A DNA stretch of 64,000 nucleotides from an uncultured Bacteroides sp. (GTDB lineage Bacteria > Bacteroidota > Bacteroidia > Bacteroidales > JACABE01): the NCBI GenBank assembly GCA_964496885.1, contig CAZCBG010000007.1, forward strand, positions 9,721 through 73,720. Direction: 5' to 3'. Each line of letters starts with the position of its first letter. Within the stretch, counting starts at the first letter, position 1. A program made the position numbers and the translations under genes. Below are positions 1 through 8,916 of the stretch, one piece after another. The notes below the pieces were generated by a model. The model was not told the DNA's origin. It did not search any database and saw only the letters and a program-made list of their open reading frames with translations.

Positions 1-1553
1 ATAAAAACGAACAAGCATGCTGGCAAGGATGGTCGAGAAATTATACGGTTTTTAAAATTTCACAAGGCGGAAATTTAGCAGGTCTGAAAAACATTAAAGG
101 GAATCAGTTGGCTGAATTCAAGCCTTTTTTAACAGCCGGTGTTCAGAAACAGGCGAAAGAAAATTTAGACAAAACCTTAAAATACGGAGGGGATGTGAAT
201 ATCAGCTTTACCCCCACCACAAAGCTTAATTTAACCTTCAATACCGATTTTTCTCAGGTGGAATCCGACAGAATCCCTGTCAATCTGAGCCGGTTTTCGG
301 TATATATGCCCGAAAAAAGAGCCTTTTTTATCGAGAACAAAGATTTGTTTGAATTTAACATCCCGGGTGGCTTAAACAGTTTTTACAGCAGAAGGATAGG
401 TATCCATAACGGAACCGAAATTCCAATACTGGGAGGTGTCAAACTGAGCGGAAAAGAAGGAAAAACTAATTTTGGAATCCTCTCGATGCAAACCTCAGCC
501 AATGACAGCCTTGCTTCCGTAAATTATTCGGTGATAAGGTTTAAACAGGATATTTCCGCACAATCCAACATAGGGTTTATTACAACTGCTCTTAACAAAA
601 AAGGCCATTACAACTATATGTATGGCATTGATCTAAATTACGCTACTTCAAAAATATTTAAAAACAAAAATCTTCAAATTGGAGCTTCCATTGCTCAAAC
701 ACAAACTAAGAATGTGAAAAACACTCAAAATCTTGCTTATCAATTGTATATCAACTATCCTAACGATTTAATCATTGGCAATTTTACAATGAGTAGCGTT
801 CAAAAAGGCTATAATCCGGAAATCGGTTTCAAGCAAAGGGATAATTATAATCTCTATACTTGCGCTTTCGACTTCAGACCCAGACCAAAGGGCTTGCCAT
901 GGGTGAAACAGCTCTCTATCAAACCCATTGATATAAGCTATTATGTATCGGACGATACTAAAACACTGGAATCAGCGCTATATTCAATCAAGCCACTGGG
1001 TATTACCACCAAAAGCGGAGAAAGCATCGCCCTGTTCTTTCAAAAAACATTTGAGAAACTTACTTCCGATTTTAATATTTATGATACCATTATTCTACCC
1101 AAAGGATCATACGATTATCATACCACTGAAATTCAGTTTTCGACCTATCAGAGTCGTCGGATTTATGGAACTTCCAATTTCAGCTGGGGCGAATTCTTTA
1201 CTGGAAAAGGCAATAAAATTTATGTAAGCCTTTGCTGGTATCCCAATGAACATTTTAACATTACCTCCGACTGGACCCGCTATGACATCCATTTGCCACA
1301 AGGAGATTTCATCACCCATGATATCGGAAGCCGGGTGGAATATGCTTTAACTCCTAAACTGAACAACAGTATTTATGGTCAATGGAACACAGTTTCCAAA
1401 GAAGTATTACTGAACTACCGCATCAACTGGATTCCAAAAGTCGGGAGTGACTTTTATTTTGTGGTCAACCAAAAACTCAGCACAAGAGGAGACAAAATTC
1501 AATTCGGTGATTTTACTTTGCTGGCTAAGTTTATTTGGAGAATTGTTGTTTGA
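1..1553 (+). CDS. DUF5916-like (carbohydrate-binding family 9 associated) outer-membrane protein, C-terminal part; the 5' end lies outside the window
   Basis: The frame of the 108..1553 ORF stays open back to nt 3 (KNEQACWQGWSRNYTVFKISQGGNLAGLKNIKGNQ...), so the TTG at 108 is not the start. The sequence is beta-rich with an aromatic C-terminus (FIWRIVV). The motif NTDFSQVESDRIPVNLSRFSVYMPEKRAFFIEN is what I recognise from DUF5916 proteins. Confidence 0.6.
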   Translation, partial: KNEQACWQGWSRNYTVFKISQGGNLAGLKNIKGNQLAEFKPFLTAGVQKQAKENLDKTLKYGGDVNISFTPTTKLNLTFNTDFSQVESDRIPVNLSRFSVYMPEKRAFFIENKDLFEFNIPGGLNSFYSRRIGIHNGTEIPILGGVKLSGKEGKTNFGILSMQTSANDSLASVNYSVIRFKQDISAQSNIGFITTALNKKGHYNYMYGIDLNYATSKIFKNKNLQIGASIAQTQTKNVKNTQNLAYQLYINYPNDLIIGNFTMSSVQKGYNPEIGFKQRDNYNLYTCAFDFRPRPKGLPWVKQLSIKPIDISYYVSDDTKTLESALYSIKPLGITTKSGESIALFFQKTFEKLTSDFNIYDTIILPKGSYDYHTTEIQFSTYQSRRIYGTSNFSWGEFFTGKGNKIYVSLCWYPNEHFNITSDWTRYDIHLPQGDFITHDIGSRVEYALTPKLNNSIYGQWNTVSKEVLLNYRINWIPKVGSDFYFVVNQKLSTRGDKIQFGDFTLLAKFIWRIVV

Positions 1554-1667
1554 GTTTATAAAGTAACTGAAATAATTAAATTTATGGGTTGGAAATTGTA
1601 ATATAGCAATAACTTGACTGTCTGAATTCAAGACAATCTATTGATATCCTGATTATTTCATTCATCA

Positions 1668-2903
1668 CTATTCTTCGGTAATAGATTCTGTTTTTAATCT
1701 TCTCGAAATCTGACTTACTGTATATAAGGTTGAAAATAAACCGATTACAAAAACAATGGCAGTTACTTTTACAAAATCAAGAAATTGCAATTGAACAGGA
1801 TAATATTTAACGACATAAGATCCGCTTCCTTCTAATGGAATTACACCAAAATGTTGCTGAATCCAACAAATCAATCCGCCAAGCAGCATGCCTAAAAAAG
1901 CACCGGACAATGAAATCATCAGCCCTTCTACTATAAAAATTCTTTTAATCAACAGCTGTGAAGCACCCAGACTGCGCATAATGGCAATGTCTTTCTTTTT
2001 TTCGATCATAAGCATTGATAAAGAACCCACTATGTTGAAAGCGGCAATCAACAAAATAAAAGACAAAATCAATATCCCGGCAAATTTTTCGGATTTAATG
2101 ATTTTATAAAACAATTCCTCCTGTTGTAATCTGTTCTTTACTGTGAATTGATTTCCAATAAGTTCACTCACTTTTTGTTGTACTTTTTCAACATCAGCAC
2201 CTGGTTGCAAACTTATCTCGAGTGAAGTAACTTCTGTGGTATAGTCCAGCATTTTTCGGGCAAACCCCAATGGAACAATCACAATCTTTGTATCAAAGTC
2301 TTGTTGAATGGAGAATGCACCCGATGGGATGATAAGTTCGTTGTTAAAAGCTTCGGAGGGATCGATAGATACTGTTTTCCCACGCTTAGGAATATATACC
2401 GAAACACTGCTTGAAAAATCTTTCAACTCTATCCCCAGCATATCATAAATTCCATAGCCCAGCACCATAAAATTCACATCTCCTTTTTGCAAAACAAAAT
2501 TCCCTTCTACCATGCTACTGTCGATATTGCTCACTTTTACAAACTGAGCATCAACCCCTTTCATTTGTACAATCTGTTGTTTGGTTTTGTAGCGAAGCAA
2601 GGCATTTTCTTCAACAATCTCAGCATAGTTGGCTACACCTTCTATTTTTGATAATTCATGAAGAGGAAATGTGGCACTGTTAAAGGTTTTTCCAATTCTG
2701 GTTTCAATTTTTAAATCCGGATCAAAAGAATTGTACATCGAAGAAATCAGCGATTCAAGTCCATTAAATACAGACAAAACTACAATAAGTGCCATCGCCC
2801 CTATTGTAACTCCTGCCACCGAAATCCCAGCTAAAATATTGATTAAGTTATGGGATTTCTTTGAAAAAATATACCGTTTTGCAATGTAAAAAGGAAGTTT
2901 CAA
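1668..2903 (-). CDS. FtsX-like ABC transporter permease (LolC/LolE lipoprotein-release family)
   Basis: 411 aa. N-terminus MKLPFYIAKRYIFSKKSHNLINILAGISVAGVTIGAMALIVVLSVFNG, a large periplasmic loop, and a C-terminal FtsX 3-TM bundle. The position next to rbfA is typical of Bacteroidota. Confidence 0.85.
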   Translation of the reverse strand: MKLPFYIAKRYIFSKKSHNLINILAGISVAGVTIGAMALIVVLSVFNGLESLISSMYNSFDPDLKIETRIGKTFNSATFPLHELSKIEGVANYAEIVEENALLRYKTKQQIVQMKGVDAQFVKVSNIDSSMVEGNFVLQKGDVNFMVLGYGIYDMLGIELKDFSSSVSVYIPKRGKTVSIDPSEAFNNELIIPSGAFSIQQDFDTKIVIVPLGFARKMLDYTTEVTSLEISLQPGADVEKVQQKVSELIGNQFTVKNRLQQEELFYKIIKSEKFAGILILSFILLIAAFNIVGSLSMLMIEKKKDIAIMRSLGASQLLIKRIFIVEGLMISLSGAFLGMLLGGLICWIQQHFGVIPLEGSGSYVVKYYPVQLQFLDFVKVTAIVFVIGLFSTLYTVSQISRRLKTESITEE

Positions 2904-2931
2904 GAAACTGATTTTAAAAATAAAAAAAAGA

Positions 2932-3267
2932 CTATTTTAATAATTTTTCGATATTTTCGATATAATCTAATGAATCGTCCTGAAAAAACTCGAGTGAAGG
3001 AACAACTCTTAACTGTTTACCAACCTTGTGAGCCAAATCGAAACGAATTTCATTCTTTTTGGCTTTTATCAAAGGTAGAATTTCATTTTTATCTTTGGTA
3101 GCAAAAATACTCAGGGCCACTTTGGCGATCGATAAATCAGGGCTTATCCTCACACCTGTTACTGTGATCATTGCATTTTTAAAATGCTCTCTCGACAACT
3201 GTTGAAAAATTTCACTTAAATCTTTCTGTATGAGTCGCGATATTTTGTTCTGACGTGTTGTTTCCAT
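2932..3267 (-). CDS. rbfA: ribosome-binding factor A
   Basis: 111 aa. The N-terminus RQNKISRLIQKDLSEIF and the overall length match RbfA. Confidence 0.9.
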   Translation of the reverse strand: METTRQNKISRLIQKDLSEIFQQLSREHFKNAMITVTGVRISPDLSIAKVALSIFATKDKNEILPLIKAKKNEIRFDLAHKVGKQLRVVPSLEFFQDDSLDYIENIEKLLK

Positions 3268-3349
3268 AGTTTACAAAATTATGATAATTTATTTAATAAC
3301 GTAGTATCAATTATTTTTGTTTTACGTTCTCATTAAAAAGCTTTTATTC

Positions 3350-3357
3350 TATCTTTG
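3350..3357 (+). promoter_or_regulatory. candidate sigma-A -7 box (TATCTTTG) for the ABC exporter / M20 amidohydrolase unit
   Basis: Matches the Bacteroidota -7 consensus TAnnTTTG. It lies 141 nt upstream of the ATG at 3499. A second match, TATTTTTG, is at 3312-3319. Confidence 0.4.
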
Positions 3358-3498
3358 CAATTATGAAATGTCCATTTTCTTAAGTTGAAAAAAGAGATGA
3401 TTATATCATGGACATTCCATCGGCGAAATTCGAATAGAAATAACTAACACGAACATCCTAACAATAATTATTTCAGCAAATTAACAAAACATAAATAG

Positions 3499-5328
3499 AT
3501 GAAAGATTTAATCAGGGTATTCAAATATGTTAAACCTTACGGGAAGTATGCTGCACTGAATGTTTTGTTCAACATTCTTTTTATACTTTTTTCTTTCCTG
3601 AATCTTACGTTGCTCATCCCTACCGTGAATATCATTTTTGGGATTATCAAACCTATCACCCAACGACCAGATTTATCACTAAACAGCCAGTCAATACTTG
3701 ATAACCTCAACTATTTTATAGGTCATCTTACAGCCGTTCATGGGACTTTTTATGTGTTGATTATTGTAGCTGTTCTTTTCATCGTTTTTTCTTTTTTGAA
3801 CAATCTGTTCAAATACCTGGGCATGTATTTTCTGGCACCTATTCGAAATGGAATGGTTCGTGATTTGCGCAACGATATTTACAACAAGCTTCTAATTCTC
3901 CCTATCTCTTTTTATGCTGATCAAAAGAAAGGTGATCTCATGTCGCGAATGACGGCTGATATCAACGAAATAGAATGGTCGGTTGTTAGTACGCTTCAGA
4001 TGGTGATTAAAGATCCGCTGAATGTAATTTTTTTTATGATTGTATTGCTATCCATCAGTCCTCAATTGGTTGCGCTATCTTTAATCACACTGCTACCAGC
4101 AGGATTTTTAATCGGGAAAATCGGGAAAAGCTTAAAACGGAATTCAGAGAAAGGGCAACGACAATTGGGGATAGTAGTCTCAACAACAGAAGAGTCTATC
4201 ACCGGATTACGCATCATTAAAGCGTTTAATGCCATCGATTATGCTTATGATAAATTTAAAAAAATCAATCATGTCTACACAAAAATCATGATTAAAATTT
4301 ATCGCCGCAAAGATCTGGCAGCGCCTTTAACGGAAACACTTGCCATTTTAGGGCTTCTCCTTGTAATTTGGTTTGGTGGAAATCTGGTATTAAACAATAA
4401 ACTCAGCGCCGATCTTTTGCTCTTTTTTGTAGTGGTTTTTGGACGTATGATACCTCCTGCACAATCGTTTATCACGTCCTTTTACAACCTACAAAGAGGT
4501 GCAGTCGCTGCAACCAGGATATTTGAAATTATGGATGCCGAAGAAAAGATAGAAGAAAAATCAAGCGCTATTTCAAAAAAGACTTTTGTGAATTGTATAG
4601 AATACCGGAATCTTGGCTTCCAATACAACCTTGACCAATCCCGTATTAAAATTCTTGATGATATCAATTTAACAATAGAAAAAGGGAAAATGATAGCAGT
4701 GGTAGGTCCCTCTGGTGGAGGAAAATCAACATTGGTCGATTTATTACCACGATTTTACGATTGTACCGAAGGAGAAATTTTGATTGACAACATTCCCATA
4801 AAAGATCTGGTAATATCCGATATCCGCGATTTAATCGGAATTGTTTCTCAGGAAACAATACTTTTCAACGACAGCATCATGAACAACATTGCATTTGGAA
4901 TGAAAAATGTAAGCGAAGCCGATGTAATGGCTGCCGCCAAAATTGCCAATGCCCACTGGTTTATTTCAGAAATGGGAAATGGCTACCAAACCAATATTGG
5001 TGACAGAGGAGCCAACTTATCCGGAGGTCAACGGCAACGCATCAGCATCGCAAGGGCTGTTCTAAAAAATCCCCCTATAATGATATTGGATGAAGCTACT
5101 TCAGCCCTCGACACAGAATCGGAAAGATTTGTGCAACAGGCCTTAATGAATCTTATGAAAAACAGAACTTCCATCGTTATCGCCCATCGTTTGTCCACCA
5201 TCAAAAATGCGGATGAAATCATAGTAATCGATAATGGGAAAATCGTGGAAAGAGGCAAGCATGAATCGTTGATTGATAAAAACGGACTGTATAATAATCT
5301 AATTCAATTACAATCGTTTACTGAATAA
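3499..5328 (+). CDS. ABC exporter, fused 6-TM permease plus ATPase (MsbA/ABCB type)
   Basis: 609 aa. Walker A GPSGGGKST, signature LSGGQRQR, Walker B ILDEATSALD, and an N-terminal transmembrane domain. Confidence 0.88.
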   Translation: MKDLIRVFKYVKPYGKYAALNVLFNILFILFSFLNLTLLIPTVNIIFGIIKPITQRPDLSLNSQSILDNLNYFIGHLTAVHGTFYVLIIVAVLFIVFSFLNNLFKYLGMYFLAPIRNGMVRDLRNDIYNKLLILPISFYADQKKGDLMSRMTADINEIEWSVVSTLQMVIKDPLNVIFFMIVLLSISPQLVALSLITLLPAGFLIGKIGKSLKRNSEKGQRQLGIVVSTTEESITGLRIIKAFNAIDYAYDKFKKINHVYTKIMIKIYRRKDLAAPLTETLAILGLLLVIWFGGNLVLNNKLSADLLLFFVVVFGRMIPPAQSFITSFYNLQRGAVAATRIFEIMDAEEKIEEKSSAISKKTFVNCIEYRNLGFQYNLDQSRIKILDDINLTIEKGKMIAVVGPSGGGKSTLVDLLPRFYDCTEGEILIDNIPIKDLVISDIRDLIGIVSQETILFNDSIMNNIAFGMKNVSEADVMAAAKIANAHWFISEMGNGYQTNIGDRGANLSGGQRQRISIARAVLKNPPIMILDEATSALDTESERFVQQALMNLMKNRTSIVIAHRLSTIKNADEIIVIDNGKIVERGKHESLIDKNGLYNNLIQLQSFTE

Positions 5329-5335
5329 TGGAGCT

Positions 5336-6520
5336 ATGGAAAACATTCAGAAAATAAAATTACTGGCATCAACTTATCTTGCTGAATTTACAGAAATCAG
5401 AAGAAAAATTCATAGCCACCCCGAATTGGGATTTGAAGAATTCCAGACAGCAAAACTAATCGCTGCAAAATTAAAGGAAATTGGTCTTCCTTATCATGAA
5501 GGCATTGCCAAAACAGGGATAGTAGCCATGATCGAAGGTAAAAATCCTGACAAAAAAACAATTGCCTTGCGTGCCGATATGGATGCCCTCCCAATTGAAG
5601 AAAAAAATAATTGTGAATACCAATCACAAAATGCCGGCATCATGCATGCCTGTGGTCACGATGCGCATATTGCCTGTTTGCTAGGTGCAGCAAAAATATT
5701 ACATAGCCTTAAAGATGGTTTCGAGGGAAGTATAAAACTTATTTTTCAACCTTCCGAAGAAAAATTTCCGGGTGGAGCCCGAGCAATGATTCAGGAAGGA
5801 GTGCTCGAAAACCCCATTCCTGCGTTCATCATCGGCCAACATGTATTACCTACCTTAGAGAGCGGGAAAATAGGCCTGAGGGGAGGAAAATATATGGCAT
5901 CTACCGACGAAATCTATTTAACTGTCATAGGTAAAGGTGGTCATGCTGCCACACCCGAATTAAATATCAATCCGATTATAATTGCAGCTCACATTCTGAT
6001 AGCCTTACAACAAATTGAAAAACTCAATCCAACCCCCACATTGCCAACAGTACTTTCTTTCGGAAGAATAGAAGCTAACGGCCGAACCAATATTATTCCT
6101 GATCAGCTTACAATAGATGGAACATTGCGCTGTTTTGATGAAGAATGGCGGGCCGAAGCCCATCATAGAATTACTGAAATAGCACAATCTATTGCAAATG
6201 AGATGGGTGGAAGCTGTGAAGTAATGATCGACAAAGGTTATCCTTTTTTGATCAATGACGAAAAACTCACTGCAGCCGTTAAAACTTCGGCCATCGAATA
6301 TTTAGGGAAAGAAAATGTAGTGGATCTGGAGATGCGACTAACAGCAGAAGACTTCGCCTATTATTCTCAAAAAATGCCGGCTTGTTTTTATCGCCTGGGC
6401 ATTCGCAACGAAGCCAAAGGCATCGTATCCAACCTGCACACAAATACTTTTGATATTGACGAGGATGCTATTGAAACTGGGATGGGTTTGATAGCTTGGT
6501 TAACATTAAAGCTATTTTAA
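5336..6520 (+). CDS. M20D-family amidohydrolase (N-acyl-amino-acid amidohydrolase/hippuricase-like)
   Basis: 394 aa. Contains HSHPELGFEE, ALRADMDALP and MHACGHDAH metal-binding motifs. It starts 7 nt after the ABC exporter stop. Confidence 0.85.
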   Translation: MENIQKIKLLASTYLAEFTEIRRKIHSHPELGFEEFQTAKLIAAKLKEIGLPYHEGIAKTGIVAMIEGKNPDKKTIALRADMDALPIEEKNNCEYQSQNAGIMHACGHDAHIACLLGAAKILHSLKDGFEGSIKLIFQPSEEKFPGGARAMIQEGVLENPIPAFIIGQHVLPTLESGKIGLRGGKYMASTDEIYLTVIGKGGHAATPELNINPIIIAAHILIALQQIEKLNPTPTLPTVLSFGRIEANGRTNIIPDQLTIDGTLRCFDEEWRAEAHHRITEIAQSIANEMGGSCEVMIDKGYPFLINDEKLTAAVKTSAIEYLGKENVVDLEMRLTAEDFAYYSQKMPACFYRLGIRNEAKGIVSNLHTNTFDIDEDAIETGMGLIAWLTLKLF

Positions 6521-6525
6521 TAAAA

Positions 6526-6546
6526 AAGCCGGACATAAGCCGGCTT
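6526..6546. terminator. bidirectional intrinsic terminator between the convergent amidohydrolase and RNase G genes
   Basis: AAGCCGG-acataag-CCGGCTT is a 7-bp GC-rich stem. An A-run precedes it on the + strand, which gives a T-run on the - strand. Confidence 0.6.
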
Positions 6547-6551
6547 CATTA

Positions 6552-8099
6552 TTATATTTTAATTTCGTCATTGTTTTTGTTGAAGAAATGATATTCCAGA
6601 AAATGATAAGCAGTCAATGGTTTTACTTTTATCCATTTCTTATATTTGAAAAACCATCTCATTTGAAATGAATTGAGCCCTCTGGTCAGATAAGCATAAA
6701 TATATGGATTGGTAGCAATGGTTAATTGCGTTTCATTCTGTTCGTTGATTAAATACCTGACATTGTTTTCTATTTCATCAATAAAAAGCATGCTGGGTTT
6801 TATTTTGCCAGTACCATCACAAGCTGGACATTTTTCAAGCACTTCCACGTTCATTTCTGGACGTACACGTTGACGTGTAATTTGAACCAATCCAAATTTA
6901 CTCGGAGGCAAAATGGTGTGTTTAGTGCTGTCTTTGGCCATTTCATCAGTAAGTTGTTGGAACAGTTTACGTCGGTTTCCGGCTTCATGTAAATCAATAA
7001 AATCTACTACAATAATACCACCCATATCTCTCAACCTTAATTGACGGGCAATTTCGGTAGCAGCTTCAAGATTAACTTCAAGAGCATTGGATTCCTGATT
7101 TTTATCTGTATTCAAGCGATGTCCACTGTTGACATCAATTACATGCATGGCTTCGGTATGTTCTACAATTAAATACACTCCACTTTTGATACTCACTATT
7201 TTACCAAAGGAAGATTTAATTTGCTTATCAATCCCATAATGCTCAAAAATCGGCACTTTACTTTTATAAAGTTTGATAATATCTGCTTTTTCAGGAGCAA
7301 TGGTAGTGATGTAATTTTTGATTTCCTCGGCTAAGTCAGCATCGTTGATTACCACGCTGTTGAAATCCTTATTGAGCAAATCCCTCAAAATGGCTGAGGT
7401 TCTGTCGAGTTCACTCAACATTTTCATGGGAGGTTTGGCATCATCGAATTTTGCCATGATGGAATCCCATTTGCTGACCAGATTGCGGAGATCCGCATCT
7501 AATTCTGCAACGTTTTTGCTTTCGGCAACCGTACGGATAATAACACCGAAATTTTTGGGTTTTATGCTTTGGATCAGTCTTTTAAGCCTATTCCGCTCTT
7601 CCTGACTCTTTATTTTCTGAGAAATTGAAATTCTGTTTGAAAAAGGAACCAAAACCAGATACCTGCCAGGAAATGATATTTCCGAAGAAATCCTTGGTCC
7701 TTTTGTAGAAATAGGTTCCTTGGCAATCTGCACCAAAATGGTTTGATTGGATTTTAAAACATTGGTAATTTTACCTGTTTTTTCAATATCTGGCTCAATG
7801 ACAAAGGTATCCATGTTCACCTTTTCATTGGCAGATTGCGAAATTTTAATAAATTTAATTAAAGAATTGAGTTGTGGACCTAAATCTAGGTAATGCAGAA
7901 AAGCATCTTTTTCATATCCAACGTCAACAAATGCAGCATTTAAACCGGGCATAATTTTTTTTACTCTGCCCAAATAAATATCACCAACAGTATGATTGTT
8001 GTTTTTTTTTTCCTTATTTAATTCAACTAATTGTTTTTCTTCGAGTAACGCTATTTCGACTTCATTGGTCCTCGAATCTATGATTAATTCCTTATTCAC
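6552..8099 (-). CDS. rng: ribonuclease E/G family endoribonuclease (RNase G-like)
   Basis: 515 aa. It has an S1-domain N-terminus (GDIYLGRVKKIMPGLNAAFVDVG), the catalytic region HVIDVNSG...GGIIVVDFIDL, and a Zn-link CPACDGTG. Confidence 0.88.
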   Translation of the reverse strand: MNKELIIDSRTNEVEIALLEEKQLVELNKEKKNNNHTVGDIYLGRVKKIMPGLNAAFVDVGYEKDAFLHYLDLGPQLNSLIKFIKISQSANEKVNMDTFVIEPDIEKTGKITNVLKSNQTILVQIAKEPISTKGPRISSEISFPGRYLVLVPFSNRISISQKIKSQEERNRLKRLIQSIKPKNFGVIIRTVAESKNVAELDADLRNLVSKWDSIMAKFDDAKPPMKMLSELDRTSAILRDLLNKDFNSVVINDADLAEEIKNYITTIAPEKADIIKLYKSKVPIFEHYGIDKQIKSSFGKIVSIKSGVYLIVEHTEAMHVIDVNSGHRLNTDKNQESNALEVNLEAATEIARQLRLRDMGGIIVVDFIDLHEAGNRRKLFQQLTDEMAKDSTKHTILPPSKFGLVQITRQRVRPEMNVEVLEKCPACDGTGKIKPSMLFIDEIENNVRYLINEQNETQLTIATNPYIYAYLTRGLNSFQMRWFFKYKKWIKVKPLTAYHFLEYHFFNKNNDEIKI

Positions 8100-8176
8100 T
8101 TAAGAGTATTTAGCTTTAGTAGTTAATATGTATTTTATATTAACTTGAGAAATCACATTTACAAATGTGATTGTAC

Positions 8177-8220
8177 AAAAAATTAATTACATAATGGCAA
8201 TACGCTTGCCATTATGTAAT
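8177..8220 (-). terminator. strong intrinsic terminator closing the HU / small-basic-ORF transcription unit
   Basis: Perfect 15-bp stem ATTACATAATGGCAA-tacgc-TTGCCATTATGTAAT (8186-8220). On the minus strand it is followed by TTTTTT (plus-strand A-run 8177-8182). Confidence 0.8.
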
Positions 8221-8244
8221 TATAAAAACAATATTAAAAAAAAT

Positions 8245-8334
8245 TTATTTCTTTTTATGCCTGTTTTTTCTCAAATGTTTCTTACGTTTGTGGATAGACA
8301 TTTTATGTCGTTTCCTTTTTTTCCCGCTTGGCAT
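8245..8334 (-). CDS. 29-aa hyper-basic peptide MPSGKKRKRHKMSIHKRKKHLRKNRHKKK (bS22 / mS38 AURKAIP1-COX24-like candidate ribosome-associated protein)
   Basis: An ATG...TAA ORF hand-translated from the minus strand. It begins 24 nt downstream of the HU stop, on the same strand, and is followed by the 8177-8220 terminator. 20 of 29 residues are K, R or H. It is below the 60-aa cutoff of the ORF track. Confidence 0.6.
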   Translation of the reverse strand: MPSGKKRKRHKMSIHKRKKHLRKNRHKKK

Positions 8335-8358
8335 ATCTTTTTATTGCTTTTTTTTGAA

Positions 8359-8643
8359 TTATTTTACTTTGTTCTTAACTTCAGTTACAAACGTTTTAGC
8401 TGGTTTGAATGAAGGAATTTTGTGAGCAGGAATAATAATTGTAGTGTTTTTAGAAATGTTTCTGCCAGTTTTTTTAGCTCTTTGTTTAATAATGAAGCTA
8501 CCAAACCCTCTTAAGTAAACGTTTTCACCTTTTCCAAGTGAAGTTTTGATTGAATCCATGAATGCTTCTACAGTTGCTTGGATAGAAACTTTTTCGATAC
8601 CTGTTTTGTTAGCAATTTCTGCTACGATTTCTGCTTTTGTCAT
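8359..8643 (-). CDS. hup: HU-family nucleoid DNA-binding protein
   Basis: 94 aa. MTKAEIVAEIANKTG...VYLRGFGSFIIKQRAKKTGRNISKNTTIIIPAHKIPSFKPAK carries the classic HU/IHF fold signature. Confidence 0.92.
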   Translation of the reverse strand: MTKAEIVAEIANKTGIEKVSIQATVEAFMDSIKTSLGKGENVYLRGFGSFIIKQRAKKTGRNISKNTTIIIPAHKIPSFKPAKTFVTEVKNKVK

Positions 8644-8688
8644 ATTACATTAATTTAAATTTGTTTAGTAATTCATTTTTTAAGACTG

Positions 8689-8696
8689 CAAAAATA
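8689..8696 (-). promoter_or_regulatory. candidate -7 box (TATTTTTG on the minus strand) for HU
   Basis: Reverse complement of CAAAAATA. It lies 45 nt upstream of the HU ATG. Four A8-9 tracts (minus-strand sense) lie immediately upstream. Confidence 0.45.
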
Positions 8697-8916
8697 ATAC
8701 ATTTTTTTTTAACTCATCTGTTTTTTTTTGTTTTTTTTTATCTAATCCATTCAATATAAATTTGTTTTTGATTTTTTTTGTAAATAAAAATTGCTTTTAA
8801 AGTCTTTTTATATACTTTTATAAGCCGAAAATACAGCAAATTTGATATTTTTAAGCTTTTTGTTTTTATTCGTTTATTTTACTAATTTATAACAACTTAC
8901 CAGATTTTTTTAACAA

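Noticed and set aside
1554-1667. A terminator hairpin between the convergent DUF5916-like and FtsX-permease genes (TGTCTGAATTCAAGACA).
   Set aside because: It has only a 5-bp stem around a GAATTC core and no flanking T-run. That is too weak to call.
8167-8412. An 81-aa plus-strand ORF in the rng-HU spacer.
   Set aside because: It is an F/L-rich translation of the complement of an AAA/AAG-rich minus-strand ORF and of the HU 3' end. It spans the 15-bp-stem terminator. The minus-strand 29-aa ORF plus terminator explains the region better.
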